In this document: positions 28,603-37,690 of the stretch, piece by piece
How the letters are laid out: the number at the start of each line of letters is the position of its first letter
Numbering within the stretch: the stretch's first letter is position 1
NCBI GenBank assembly: GCA_004524445.1
Contig: SDNP01000003.1
Location: 32,001 to 96,000, forward strand
Reading direction: 5' to 3'
Length of the DNA stretch: 64,000 bases
From: Candidatus Thorarchaeota archaeon
GTDB taxonomy: Archaea; Asgardarchaeota; Thorarchaeia; Thorarchaeales; Thorarchaeaceae
Notes under the pieces: generated by a model
The model's input: the letters and a program-made list of their open reading frames with translations, nothing else
Database searches by the model: none
Told to the model about the DNA's origin: nothing
Program-made: the position numbers and the translations under genes

Positions 28603-29697
28603 TTACTTCATTCGAGTGGCGTGCACCAAATTCGATGCATCTTCATGCTTTAGATTGTGCGCCCATGTCTTTTTGCAATCGCAGTCCAGTCGTTCAAATA
28701 CTTCGGTATCTTGATGTAATGAAAAATCCCTTATAGCGCTAGCAAATGCTGCATCACATTTCCCGCAATTGTGTGTTCCACGTTCCTTCCCAGGAGCAAC
28801 GGGGTCACATATGATTGGAACTATTCCTTGTGATTCCTTATGAGTTCGTTTGAGTATCTCGACAAGACTCCATAACCACGGAGGTCTGTACTCTCGATTT
28901 CTCCACAGATACTCAACTAGGGTGTACTTTTGCACATTGACGGGATTCACCGATACAGTAGTTACACCCATTTGGATTGCATCAGTGATGGTCTTGATAG
29001 CATCGACTATGCTGTCGCGTTCTGTTAGAAAAGGGGGCTTGACCAAGACATAGGAACGAATTCCTATTCCGTGTTTGGCTGCAATCTTTTTTGCACTCTG
29101 AAAGTCTGTCAATGAAAAACCCTTGTTGATACATATATTCCGGATATCATCGTTGCTGCTTTCCAGGCCAATCCCAATCTCTATGTCGCGCCCTTCAAGA
29201 ACGCTTCTGATTTGTGACATCATTTCGTCAGAAACATATTCCGGACGAGATTCGAGCACGACTTGCACGACTCTATCATCGGCTGCAATAAGTTCAAGAA
29301 CTCGTTCGAGCACATTCGGAGGAACTTCTTCGGGATCGAGAAAGCTGCCACTTGTGTATATCTTCACTGACAAGGGTGCGGATTCGCCATCAAGCTTTGA
29401 CATCGCTCCTTCAAACTGTGTAACAAGTTGTTCAGGCGTGGGGCTTCTTGTAGTACCATCAAGCAAGTAACTACACATACTGCAACCTCCAGCAGCTCCA
29501 CGGGCATGTGAACATCCCACAGTGTTCAGAACAATGGATATGGCCTTACCGAATTCGTCTTTGAGTCTGGCTGTTGAAACCCACGCTGATGATGCCACAC
29601 TTAGATTACCGCTTCTTCTCCGTCGAATGGAGGAACCGCGTGATTTGAGAATTTCATCCTGAACTATCTTCAGCAATTGCTCATTCATGACTCTCAA
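28603..29697 (-). CDS. raSEA: Archaeosine biosynthesis radical SAM enzyme RaSEA
   Basis: GC..A..AGGCSMC, KIYTSGSFLD, ESRPEY, KPPFLTE, YRPPWLWS, HNCGKCD; overlaps arcS. Confidence 0.92.
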   Translation of the reverse strand: MRVMNEQLLKIVQDEILKSRGSSIRRRRSGNLSVASSAWVSTARLKDEFGKAISIVLNTVGCSHARGAAGGCSMCSYLLDGTTRSPTPEQLVTQFEGAMSKLDGESAPLSVKIYTSGSFLDPEEVPPNVLERVLELIAADDRVVQVVLESRPEYVSDEMMSQIRSVLEGRDIEIGIGLESSNDDIRNICINKGFSLTDFQSAKKIAAKHGIGIRSYVLVKPPFLTERDSIVDAIKTITDAIQMGVTTVSVNPVNVQKYTLVEYLWRNREYRPPWLWSLVEILKRTHKESQGIVPIICDPVAPGKERGTHNCGKCDAAFASAIRDFSLHQDTEVFERLDCDCKKTWAHNLKHEDASNLVHATRMK

Positions 29698-31652
29698 CTT
29701 CTGCTATGTCTGATATTGATGGCCATTCCGTTATCAAAGTCGCACATCTCAGCTCCAGACATCTCACTCTTCCCAACAGCAATCAAATCCCCATCACGTC
29801 CAATGATGAGAACCTCGTCTCCCGGGCGAATGATTGAATCCGCCTCACTTATACCCACAGCAAATAGCGAGCCGCCTCTCAGTTTATCGCCATCAAAGTG
29901 AACCTGATATCTATCCAAAGACAGGAGGCGTTCTCCACCCTCAAGGGTCAACGAAACATTTCCGATTTGGCTAACGAAAGTGCACATTTGTACATCATCA
30001 ACTTCACAAACAATGTTCCCGTATACTTTGCCCCGGTAGCTTACATTTCCCGAAGTCACGAGTTTGCCGGCTCCTGTGCCAAATTGGAAGTCAAGTGTGG
30101 CAGACACGGTATTTTCAAGCAGTGTGGGAGTGCCACCGCGGAGCGCGTAAACATCAGCAAGATCAAGGAGAACCTCTTCAAGTGATTCCAGAGAAGATTT
30201 CCTTGTTGCAGAAACATCATCAATTGTGTAAATAATGCTCTGACTAATATCATCCTCGGCGTCTTGCACAACCTCTTGGTAACCCCCGGAAACATGAGCA
30301 ACGACTGTGGCAGATTCTGGAAACTTGGCTAGGTGTGTCGATAATGCAGATGCCGCAATCTCAATCTCTTCAGCATCCCAACTGCCAGTTACAGGAATAT
30401 CGTAGTTTTTCACGGGAAAAACTCTTTCCAATGCTCGAGGAACAATACCGATTGGCGAGGACATAATCACTTCAGCCACATTCTTGCGTTTGGAACCTAA
30501 GGCACGTTCAATTGATCTATCAAATCGTCTGTGGGACCGAGAGTCAGAATATGGCTTTCTTGCGGAGCAAGGAAGGAGAAGTACCACTTGGCAGTCCTGA
30601 GGAGGAGAATATCGTTCTACAAGCCTTTCTCTATAACGTCTTATTGCAGGAGCATTGTAGGACTCAGGTCCAATGAGAGGTTGGGGTTGGTCGCCAACAG
30701 TCGGTGTAAATTCTTCAATGAAATCATAGGCATGATAATCAACTTGTCTCAGAAGGGCTGCCAACGCAGGACGACTATGTGTACTGCCCTCAACTAGCCA
30801 TCGCAACTGCCCTTTCGAATAGAAATGAACAGCTTCCGATAACTTGCTTCTGTAAATGCCCACATTATGATGCATGAGTTCTGTCATGTCAGGATGCTTT
30901 GTGTTCACCAACCCTGTTTCTGCACACCAGCGACAACTACAGTAAATGGGGTGGGATTCCTTGGACATGTTTTCCTCATGGTATGACCAAAGCCGAATGT
31001 TCCTGGATGCAGCATGCTCCGCATAGGCGATATCAAAAATATCGAATCCGAAGTAATACAAAATAGGAAACATATCAGGTTTAATGCAACCAAGTGCAAT
31101 GGCAGTCCAATTTCGTGGGAGCATACTTCTGAGTCGTAGATTTTGAAGAGAGGTGGGTCCAAGATTTCCATCGAACAAGAAAGATACAGCTCTAATACCC
31201 ATCTCCTGCAACTCGGGTGTCAGGATCTTCAGCTCCTGATGATGGAGTGAACCGGGTACTCGAAGAATCCAGTTATCAGGCGATGTTCCGTCTTGTAAAT
31301 CTCTGAGACGGCTAATCTGTTCTTCAAGAAGAATACGACTCGCTTCTTTGCCCAAGGTTGACATCGCTGGAAACAAAGGGGATAGAATCGGTTCTTCATC
31401 TTTGGGCAAGTCAAGAGCAATCGTATTTGCAGAGGAAACAAATGTTGGAGCAGCGATACTGAGCCCGTTGTTGGACGGTGAATCCCTACCAGGAACATAG
31501 TATTCACAATCAGTATTAGGAATCGTTGTGGGGCCCATGAGTGCGGGGAGCTTCAACTTGCTCTTTCCCGACCTAAGATGACCTACCCGAGCAGGCCCAC
31601 TATGTCCGCGTTCAATCATATATTGCATTCTCAAGCATTCTCCATTTCTCAT
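29694..31652 (-). CDS. arcS: Archaeosine synthase ArcS (TgtA2) with PUA domain
   Basis: LLPCSARKPYSDSRSH, SP.GIVPR.LE, YDIPVTGSW, C-terminal PUA. Confidence 0.9.
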   Translation of the reverse strand: MRNGECLRMQYMIERGHSGPARVGHLRSGKSKLKLPALMGPTTIPNTDCEYYVPGRDSPSNNGLSIAAPTFVSSANTIALDLPKDEEPILSPLFPAMSTLGKEASRILLEEQISRLRDLQDGTSPDNWILRVPGSLHHQELKILTPELQEMGIRAVSFLFDGNLGPTSLQNLRLRSMLPRNWTAIALGCIKPDMFPILYYFGFDIFDIAYAEHAASRNIRLWSYHEENMSKESHPIYCSCRWCAETGLVNTKHPDMTELMHHNVGIYRSKLSEAVHFYSKGQLRWLVEGSTHSRPALAALLRQVDYHAYDFIEEFTPTVGDQPQPLIGPESYNAPAIRRYRERLVERYSPPQDCQVVLLLPCSARKPYSDSRSHRRFDRSIERALGSKRKNVAEVIMSSPIGIVPRALERVFPVKNYDIPVTGSWDAEEIEIAASALSTHLAKFPESATVVAHVSGGYQEVVQDAEDDISQSIIYTIDDVSATRKSSLESLEEVLLDLADVYALRGGTPTLLENTVSATLDFQFGTGAGKLVTSGNVSYRGKVYGNIVCEVDDVQMCTFVSQIGNVSLTLEGGERLLSLDRYQVHFDGDKLRGGSLFAVGISEADSIIRPGDEVLIIGRDGDLIAVGKSEMSGAEMCDFDNGMAINIRHSRS

Positions 31653-34321
31653 ACCAATGGCTGATATCCTTGATAATTCTCAAGGTCAGCCTTCGTTTCA
31701 GCATGTTTCAACAGGAGCTCTACGCTCTCCAGGGCACCAAACCTAAAGAGCGGCGAATTATTGTTTCCACACTGATATGAATATGTACAAAGGGGACAGC
31801 CATCAATCTTCTTACATTCACACTTTTCAAGGATTGTCTTTGCACGCTCAAGAGCCTCTTCGAACCTACCAAAGAGTAGTTTGGAGGCGCCATTCCCCCC
31901 AGGACTCCCATCATACACGAATATGATACCAGAGTCCCCCATGGAAACACCTCCAATCTCTCGAGTTCCTCCACCAGTCAGCATGTCACTCGATTCGATA
32001 ACAACATGCTCCAAGGCGTGGAAAGCCCCTCCATAAAGCTCGATTGGTGTTAGCTCAGGCCCAGGTTCGTGCTTCATCTTTCCTTGAAGGTAGTCGTTTA
32101 TTGACTTCTTTGGCTCAGGTGCCTTAAATACAAAGCCGCGGGTCTTATACTTGTATACAATTGCTTCGCCTAAAGTATGATGACTCAGGATTTTGCCAGT
32201 GCGTGTTTCTTTCTTCACATATCCGTGAACCGTCTGGGTCATCTCTAGAGTACAATAGGATAGTTTTGCGCCTAGTACGTTCCGTTCCTCATGTATCTCT
32301 ATGATTTTTGGCATTGTTGAGTAGAGAGGCTTAGTATAGGCACTTCGGTTACCAAGAGACACCACATCAGCCTTGCCCAGCCCTTTTCGATACTTGAAAT
32401 CAACACAGAGATAGTTTGAGCCACCGTGAAGGTAAATGGCTCCCGGATGAAGCTCTTGGGCAGCCATCGGCATAGAGCGTTCGCCAAGCTTCTTACGCTT
32501 CAGACGTATTTCCACTGTGTCACCAATACCTCTGATGCTATAGCTTCTCCATTGCTTGCGAGCGGTTTCGTAATCTGCGACTTGCACCTTCTCTCGATCA
32601 GTAACTCGTAGAATACCCTCATCGACCAAGCTTTGCAATACCTTCTCTTGTCTTGGGAACATCTGCGTAGTCATCTTTCCGGTCATTGCAGCAGCAATCA
32701 ACTGATATCGAGCAACAACCTCATTGTCCGGTTCCATATATGCAGCATCAATATCTGTGAAGAATTTCTCTGGCTTATTCCTATAGAAAGAGGAGATGGG
32801 ATCATTATCTCGTAGCGCAAGAACTGCAACGCTTTCCTGCCCCTTGCGTCCTGCCCGGCCAATCCTTTGTGTGAGGCGAGTTATTGATACAATTATACTC
32901 ACAACACAATCCAAATCTCCTATATCAATACCAAGTTCAAGGGTAGGAGTTGAAACAAGTACTTGCAGGTCACCTTGCCTAAATTGCTCTTCAACTTCGT
33001 TTCGATATTTCTTAGATAGGCCTGCACGGTGGACCATCGATTTTACTCCAGTGTCTCGAAGAAGCATGTTTAGTACTTCTGCTTCAGAGTGTGTGTTTCC
33101 GAATACAAGAGTCTGGAAGTCAGCCTGGTAGAGCATTTGAACAAGATCTACAATCATGGAGTACTTACTTCTGTCACCAGGGTAGTACATCATGAAATGA
33201 ATAGGGCCGCGTTTTGCACTCTCTGATTCGATGAGTTCTACTTCGGAATCAAAGATGAGGTCGCCAAATTCCTTCGGGTTTGAAATCGTAGCAGAGGCTC
33301 CTATTTTTTGAAATGCGCCACACTCAATTTGGAGGCGCTTCAGAATATAGTATATGTTAGACCCCATAGAACCGGTGTAGAGATGAATTTCATCGAGAAC
33401 TACATACTTGACAGACCTGAGTAATGGAACAAGGCGGGACCGATTCCAGCCCAAGTGATAATGCAATACATCGGGATTAGTCAACAGGATATCTGGCGGA
33501 CGTTCGTATATCTTCCGTCTCTCGTGCTGTGAAACATCCCCATCAAATATTGCCGCTGAGAGTCCAGAGGCTTCGCACATTTCCTTTATTTTGTCGTATT
33601 GGTCTCTTGCCAGTGCCTTGGTGGGATACATGAGAAGTGCACGAACGCCGGGATTGAACATGGCATCTTGTATTGAGAGAAGAAGCTGTTTGATTATTGG
33701 AAGAACAAAAGCCTCTGTTTTGCCTTGAGCGGTGGGAGCTGAAATCACGACATTGCATCCATCACTTATTTTTCTAAATGCCCTCTCCTGAAAGCGATAT
33801 AGCTTATTGATTCCTTTCTCACTAAGCAACTCTTTCAATCTCTGTGAGATCTTTATGTCTTCCACTGCAGTACCATAGAGTGCATCAGTTTCTTCCATAA
33901 ACCGGTATGATACTAAATAGTCCCTGCCCGTTCTCAGAATGTCTTGAAGAGAATCGGGAAGATCTGCGAGAGCTAGTCCACCATCCTGAACTAGTTTCCC
34001 GATTTGGTCTTCCGACTGTACCCTGTCACCCGAGTATTTTGTCCTGATTCTTTTCGATGGTTTTCTGCCTTTTCTGGATATCCTGCCACTACTTGCCAAT
34101 AATGTTCCTTCACTCAGAGCCTTCACATAGGCATCATACGCATCAAAAAGGTCATTCTTTCGACCGTCAATTGATATCTCCTGGTTGCACTCCCTACAAC
34201 GAACTGTCCATATTGGACCGCCTTTGAAAATATCAAGCTTAGATCCGCATTCAGGACAATGAAGGACAGGCACTAGTAACACCAAAGACAATACAATATC
34301 GCTTGCTAAGCAGCTTATCAA
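31649..34321 (-). CDS. DEAD/DEAH helicase with DUF1998 (Hrq1/YprA-like) and N-terminal Zn ribbon
   Basis: APTAQGKT, YPTKALARDQ, DEIH, SAT, TLELGIDIG, QRIGRAGR, C-terminal CEC..GCPLC..QC. Confidence 0.92.
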   Translation of the reverse strand: MISCLASDIVLSLVLLVPVLHCPECGSKLDIFKGGPIWTVRCRECNQEISIDGRKNDLFDAYDAYVKALSEGTLLASSGRISRKGRKPSKRIRTKYSGDRVQSEDQIGKLVQDGGLALADLPDSLQDILRTGRDYLVSYRFMEETDALYGTAVEDIKISQRLKELLSEKGINKLYRFQERAFRKISDGCNVVISAPTAQGKTEAFVLPIIKQLLLSIQDAMFNPGVRALLMYPTKALARDQYDKIKEMCEASGLSAAIFDGDVSQHERRKIYERPPDILLTNPDVLHYHLGWNRSRLVPLLRSVKYVVLDEIHLYTGSMGSNIYYILKRLQIECGAFQKIGASATISNPKEFGDLIFDSEVELIESESAKRGPIHFMMYYPGDRSKYSMIVDLVQMLYQADFQTLVFGNTHSEAEVLNMLLRDTGVKSMVHRAGLSKKYRNEVEEQFRQGDLQVLVSTPTLELGIDIGDLDCVVSIIVSITRLTQRIGRAGRKGQESVAVLALRDNDPISSFYRNKPEKFFTDIDAAYMEPDNEVVARYQLIAAAMTGKMTTQMFPRQEKVLQSLVDEGILRVTDREKVQVADYETARKQWRSYSIRGIGDTVEIRLKRKKLGERSMPMAAQELHPGAIYLHGGSNYLCVDFKYRKGLGKADVVSLGNRSAYTKPLYSTMPKIIEIHEERNVLGAKLSYCTLEMTQTVHGYVKKETRTGKILSHHTLGEAIVYKYKTRGFVFKAPEPKKSINDYLQGKMKHEPGPELTPIELYGGAFHALEHVVIESSDMLTGGGTREIGGVSMGDSGIIFVYDGSPGGNGASKLLFGRFEEALERAKTILEKCECKKIDGCPLCTYSYQCGNNNSPLFRFGALESVELLLKHAETKADLENYQGYQPLV

Positions 34322-34455
34322 ACTTTGGCACTGTTCACTATTTCCGTGTACCTATGGGTTCATCAAAGCCGTGACCAAGAAACCTCAACCGAGCTAACAA
34401 AACCCTTTTAACGGTTGTGAATAGTTTTTTCACAACCGATTAGGGAGATTACATA

Positions 34456-34818
34456 ATGGTTGAAGAAATCAATTCCGATAAACTGGATAATATCGTATCC
34501 GAGAATAAAGTGGTGTTTGTAGACTGCCACGCTGTCTGGTGCGGGCCTTGTAAGGCATTGACACCAATTCTTGAAGAGCTCGATGACAAATACAGCGAAA
34601 AGGGGCTCAAAGTAGTCAAGATTGACGTGGATCAGAATCGTTCGTTCAGCGCCCAGAATCAAATCACTGGTGTTCCAAGCGTACTTGTTTTTGCAGAGGG
34701 CAAGAAAGTTGTCTTTGATGATGGACAAGGTAACAAGACTGACAAATTGGTCGGTGTGATGCCTCCTGAAGTCTATGAACAAGTAGCAGAGAATTTGCTG
34801 ACAGAAGCAACGGCATAG
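34456..34818 (+). CDS. trxA: Thioredoxin
   Basis: WCGPC, cis-Pro GVP. Confidence 0.92.
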   Translation: MVEEINSDKLDNIVSENKVVFVDCHAVWCGPCKALTPILEELDDKYSEKGLKVVKIDVDQNRSFSAQNQITGVPSVLVFAEGKKVVFDDGQGNKTDKLVGVMPPEVYEQVAENLLTEATA

Positions 34819-34830
34819 ACGTTAAGAATA

Positions 34831-34879
34831 ACTCCGGCTCAGACCAACGCAACTGAATCGGAGTTCTCACTTTTATTTT
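34831..34879 (+). terminator. Hairpin plus T-rich tract after the first thioredoxin
   Basis: AACTCCG..TCAG/CTGA..CGGAGTT stem followed by TTTTATTTT. Confidence 0.5.
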
Positions 34880-34943
34880 AGTTTCATAGTAGGAATATTG
34901 AATAGGTCAGCTCATTTGTTGAAATGTCATGGAGTGAAGACTA

Positions 34944-35309
34944 GTGGTAAGCGATCTTAGTCCAGAAGAGATAGAAAAGAAGATTGTAGAAACCAACATT
35001 CTGTTTGTTGATGCCTGGGCCCCATGGTGTGGGCCCTGTCTGGCATTGGGCCCGATTCTTGAAGAACTCGAAAATAAGTACGCAGACGATGATGACATTT
35101 CTTTTGTGAAGATAAATACGCAAGAACACAGGTCATTTGCAGCTGCTAACAATATTGTTGCCATTCCTTGCGTCCTAGTGTACAAAGATGGCAAGCCTGC
35201 TGAGGTTAATGAAGAGAATCCCAGAACGGGAGAAAAACAGGTTACTGACAGAATTATCGGACTGAGACCTGCTGAATACTACGAAGACGTAATTGAACAG
35301 CTCCTTTGA
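34944..35309 (+). CDS. trxA: Thioredoxin (tandem paralog)
   Basis: WAPWCGPC, AIP. Confidence 0.92.
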   Translation: MVSDLSPEEIEKKIVETNILFVDAWAPWCGPCLALGPILEELENKYADDDDISFVKINTQEHRSFAAANNIVAIPCVLVYKDGKPAEVNEENPRTGEKQVTDRIIGLRPAEYYEDVIEQLL

Positions 35310-35320
35310 GGTAAGAGAAG

Positions 35321-35845
35321 ATGCCTATTCTGCCATTTGGTGACCATAACCCGACTATTGACCCACATGCCTTCATTAGTCCGCAGGCAACAATTGTTGG
35401 GAATGTCGAAATCGAAGCAAAATCTTGTGTTTGGCCTGGTGCAGTCATTCGAGGGGACCAAGCATCAGTCAGAATCGGAGAATCAACCTGCATTCAAGAC
35501 AGCGTGGTTATTCATGCACATCATGAAGATAATCCGGTTATTATCGGTAACAAAACGGTCGTTGGGACAGCATCCGTTTTGCATGGAGTCTATGTCGGAG
35601 ATGCCGTCAAGATTGGCGAGGGGTGTGTGATTTTTGATGGGGCTACTCTTGGCGAGGGGGTTATGATTACTAGTGGTAGTATTATCCCCTCAAATGTAGT
35701 CATTCCACCGAGGTCGCTCAATTCAGGAGCGCCAGCAGCACAAGTCAGAGAACTCTCCAGGGATGAAGTTGAAAAGCAGGCATTTCGCGCAGAAGTGATG
35801 TCTGAAGTCTTTCAGAAACTCCGTCATTGGAGAAACGCGATATAA
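35321..35845 (+). CDS. Gamma-carbonic anhydrase-like hexapeptide-repeat protein
   Basis: VWPGAVIRGD, IQD.VVIH, VLHG; one His ligand apparently missing. Confidence 0.85.
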   Translation: MPILPFGDHNPTIDPHAFISPQATIVGNVEIEAKSCVWPGAVIRGDQASVRIGESTCIQDSVVIHAHHEDNPVIIGNKTVVGTASVLHGVYVGDAVKIGEGCVIFDGATLGEGVMITSGSIIPSNVVIPPRSLNSGAPAAQVRELSRDEVEKQAFRAEVMSEVFQKLRHWRNAI

Positions 35846-36973
35846 TCACATGGTCTCTCGAGAAATCCTTGAGAGATTTTCACATCCGTCTTGAGTGATA
35901 CGAAACACATCTGCAGTTTTGACGCTACCCGATTTTTCATGATAGAAGGTGGGATGCACAGAAAAAATCATGCCTTCTCTAAGTGACGTGGGATTTGATG
36001 AAATCAGGAGAGGTGGCTCACGCAAGTCTAGCCCGATAGAGTTACCCACAGGCCCAATTAGTTGGTAGTCAGTTTTTTCCAAATTTATTATATCGCTGAC
36101 TTTCTCCATCAAGTCTGAGATTTTGACATTCGGTTTCATTTGTTTCTCAAGAAAATCACAGATTGCATGATTTTTCTTCATTATGTCTTTTTGTTTGTCT
36201 GTCGGACGAGAGGTATGCAGCGTTCGTGCCACTTCAGCGAAATATCCAGCGTGACTCACAGTTATATCAACAAGTACGGGGGAATCCATGTCAATTCTCG
36301 CAGAAGTGGGTTGTGAAAATCGATACGGAGCTTTCAATCCGGAGAGAACAGCAGCCCTTATGCCCCTCAATTGTCCGCCGGCACTGCGCATTGCCGCCTC
36401 AATTTCAACAGATGTTTCAGACTCCGTCTTACCCGCTGCCACCACTTCCAATGCAGTTCTTAGTCCAATCTCTGCAATTTTAACAGCTTGAATAATTGCA
36501 TCAATCTCCATAGCATCCTTGACTTCGCGCATTCTCCATAGTACATTGGAGAAGTTCTTGAATCCCGCCCTCGGCAGCATTTCTTTCAGCAAATCGAATT
36601 CTTTGACAGTGATCCATTCATGCTGAAGCCCGATCATTCCGTCTGATAGTGATTGCTCACCGACCAAGTCTACAATTTTTTCCCAAAAGGAGTGGCTATG
36701 CAACGGGTGCCATATCTGCTCGCTACTATCCTTGTAGCTGACCAATCTAGATATGAGATTCTCTTGTGCAACCAAGTCGTGTTGTGACTCGGACACCAAG
36801 AGACTTGGCGATTGATCTACAGGGATTAAACAACCCACTGGCACATCTTGGCGCGGATTTTGATATCCAGTAAGATATTGTACATCTTGACTTCGCGTGA
36901 CTATGATGGCATCTACTTCTTCATGCTTCATGAAACGATTTAGTTTTTCCAGGCGTTGAGGGGTGAACTGCAT
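35846..36973 (-). CDS. M24 (Xaa-Pro peptidase/creatinase fold) protein with degenerate metal site
   Basis: Creatinase_N (VQYLTGY), MREVKDAMEI, pita-bread motifs with altered ligands. Confidence 0.85.
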   Translation of the reverse strand: MQFTPQRLEKLNRFMKHEEVDAIIVTRSQDVQYLTGYQNPRQDVPVGCLIPVDQSPSLLVSESQHDLVAQENLISRLVSYKDSSEQIWHPLHSHSFWEKIVDLVGEQSLSDGMIGLQHEWITVKEFDLLKEMLPRAGFKNFSNVLWRMREVKDAMEIDAIIQAVKIAEIGLRTALEVVAAGKTESETSVEIEAAMRSAGGQLRGIRAAVLSGLKAPYRFSQPTSARIDMDSPVLVDITVSHAGYFAEVARTLHTSRPTDKQKDIMKKNHAICDFLEKQMKPNVKISDLMEKVSDIINLEKTDYQLIGPVGNSIGLDLREPPLLISSNPTSLREGMIFSVHPTFYHEKSGSVKTADVFRITQDGCENLSRISRETM

Positions 36974-37106
36974 TATTGATATCTCGTGATCTGCTTTTCA
37001 TGGCATTGAGTCAAAGTAGCTGTTGGCTCAACAGGGGCCGATATTTTCAGACATTTAAGCTTCTCGACGAAGGAAAGGGACTAGGCAAAGCTACTAGAAT
37101 GAACCA

Positions 37107-37216
37107 TGGCGGGCGCGCCAGGATTCGAACCTGGGATACCTGGCTCCGCAAGCCAGTGCCTTATACGCACCTCCCGCAGCCGAAACTACGAGGAGACCAT
37201 ACTAGACTACGCGCCC
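37107..37216 (-). tRNA. tRNA-Arg(GCG) with ~32-nt intron in the D-loop; CCA encoded
   Basis: Minus strand: GGGCGCG acceptor, D-stem GTCT/AGGC, anticodon arm CTGGC-TTGCGGA-GCCAG, T-arm CCAGG-TTCGAAT-CCTGG, CGCGCCC-G-CCA; extra hairpin at ~37165-37196. Confidence 0.92.
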
Positions 37217-37297
37217 TAAAAAGGGAGATTTGAGGAAACTTATAGACTCTTCGTTCCCGAACTCAAGACACAAAAATCAATAGCACGGATAGACAGT

Positions 37298-37525
37298 CTA
37301 TTTTTGAACAATTGGGGTCTCAATTGGCTCAACGACAGCCTTGCAGTTCCTTTTGCTAACCCGTAACAAATAGTCTGTAGTCTGCAAAACGAAGCTTTCC
37401 CCCTCTTCCAAATTATCCATTACGATTCCTCCTAATGGCCCGTTAAGATATTTTGTGAAGCGGATTAACACCCCTTCCAGGCGAGCCGATCTTGATTTAC
37501 TCATCCGCATAATGGGCAGCCTCAA
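37298..37525 (-). CDS. Small hypothetical protein between the two tRNAs
   Basis: 75-aa ORF filling the gap, TTTATAA upstream; no family recognised. Confidence 0.55.
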   Translation of the reverse strand: MRLPIMRMSKSRSARLEGVLIRFTKYLNGPLGGIVMDNLEEGESFVLQTTDYLLRVSKRNCKAVVEPIETPIVQK

Positions 37526-37576
37526 TCAGACTCTCATGTCGTACGGCATCTTATAAATTGCACAGAAAATGAGTGG

Positions 37577-37654
37577 TGGCGGGATCGCCCGGATTTGAAC
37601 CGGGGATGACCAACTCCGGAGGCTGGTGCCTTATCCAGGCTAGACTACGACCCC
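37577..37654 (-). tRNA. tRNA-Arg(CCG); CCA encoded
   Basis: GGGGTCG-TA-GTCT-AGCCTGGATA-AGGC-A-CCAGC-CTCCGGA-GTTGG-TCATC-CCCGG-TTCAAAT-CCGGG-CGATCCC-G-CCA. Confidence 0.96.
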
Positions 37655-37690
37655 ACCTCTTGCCCGTGTAATTGTCTTTAAAGAATTTGG

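Noticed and set aside
31649-34321. DISARM/Druantia-type defence system suggested by the DUF1998 helicase and the methyltransferase
   Set aside because: Single-chain Hrq1-like helicase among housekeeping genes, ~25 kb from the methyltransferase, with no other system components.
34456-35309. Selenoprotein or SECIS reading of the thioredoxins and the hairpin between them
   Set aside because: Both active sites use TGC/TGT Cys codons with no in-frame TGA; the hairpin plus T-tract fits a terminator.
36976-37233. 85-aa plus-strand ORF
   Set aside because: Overlaps the tRNA-Arg(GCG) gene antisense.
37574-37579. Genomic CCACCA after tRNA-Arg(CCG)
   Set aside because: A 3-nt extra match is easily chance; no functional support.
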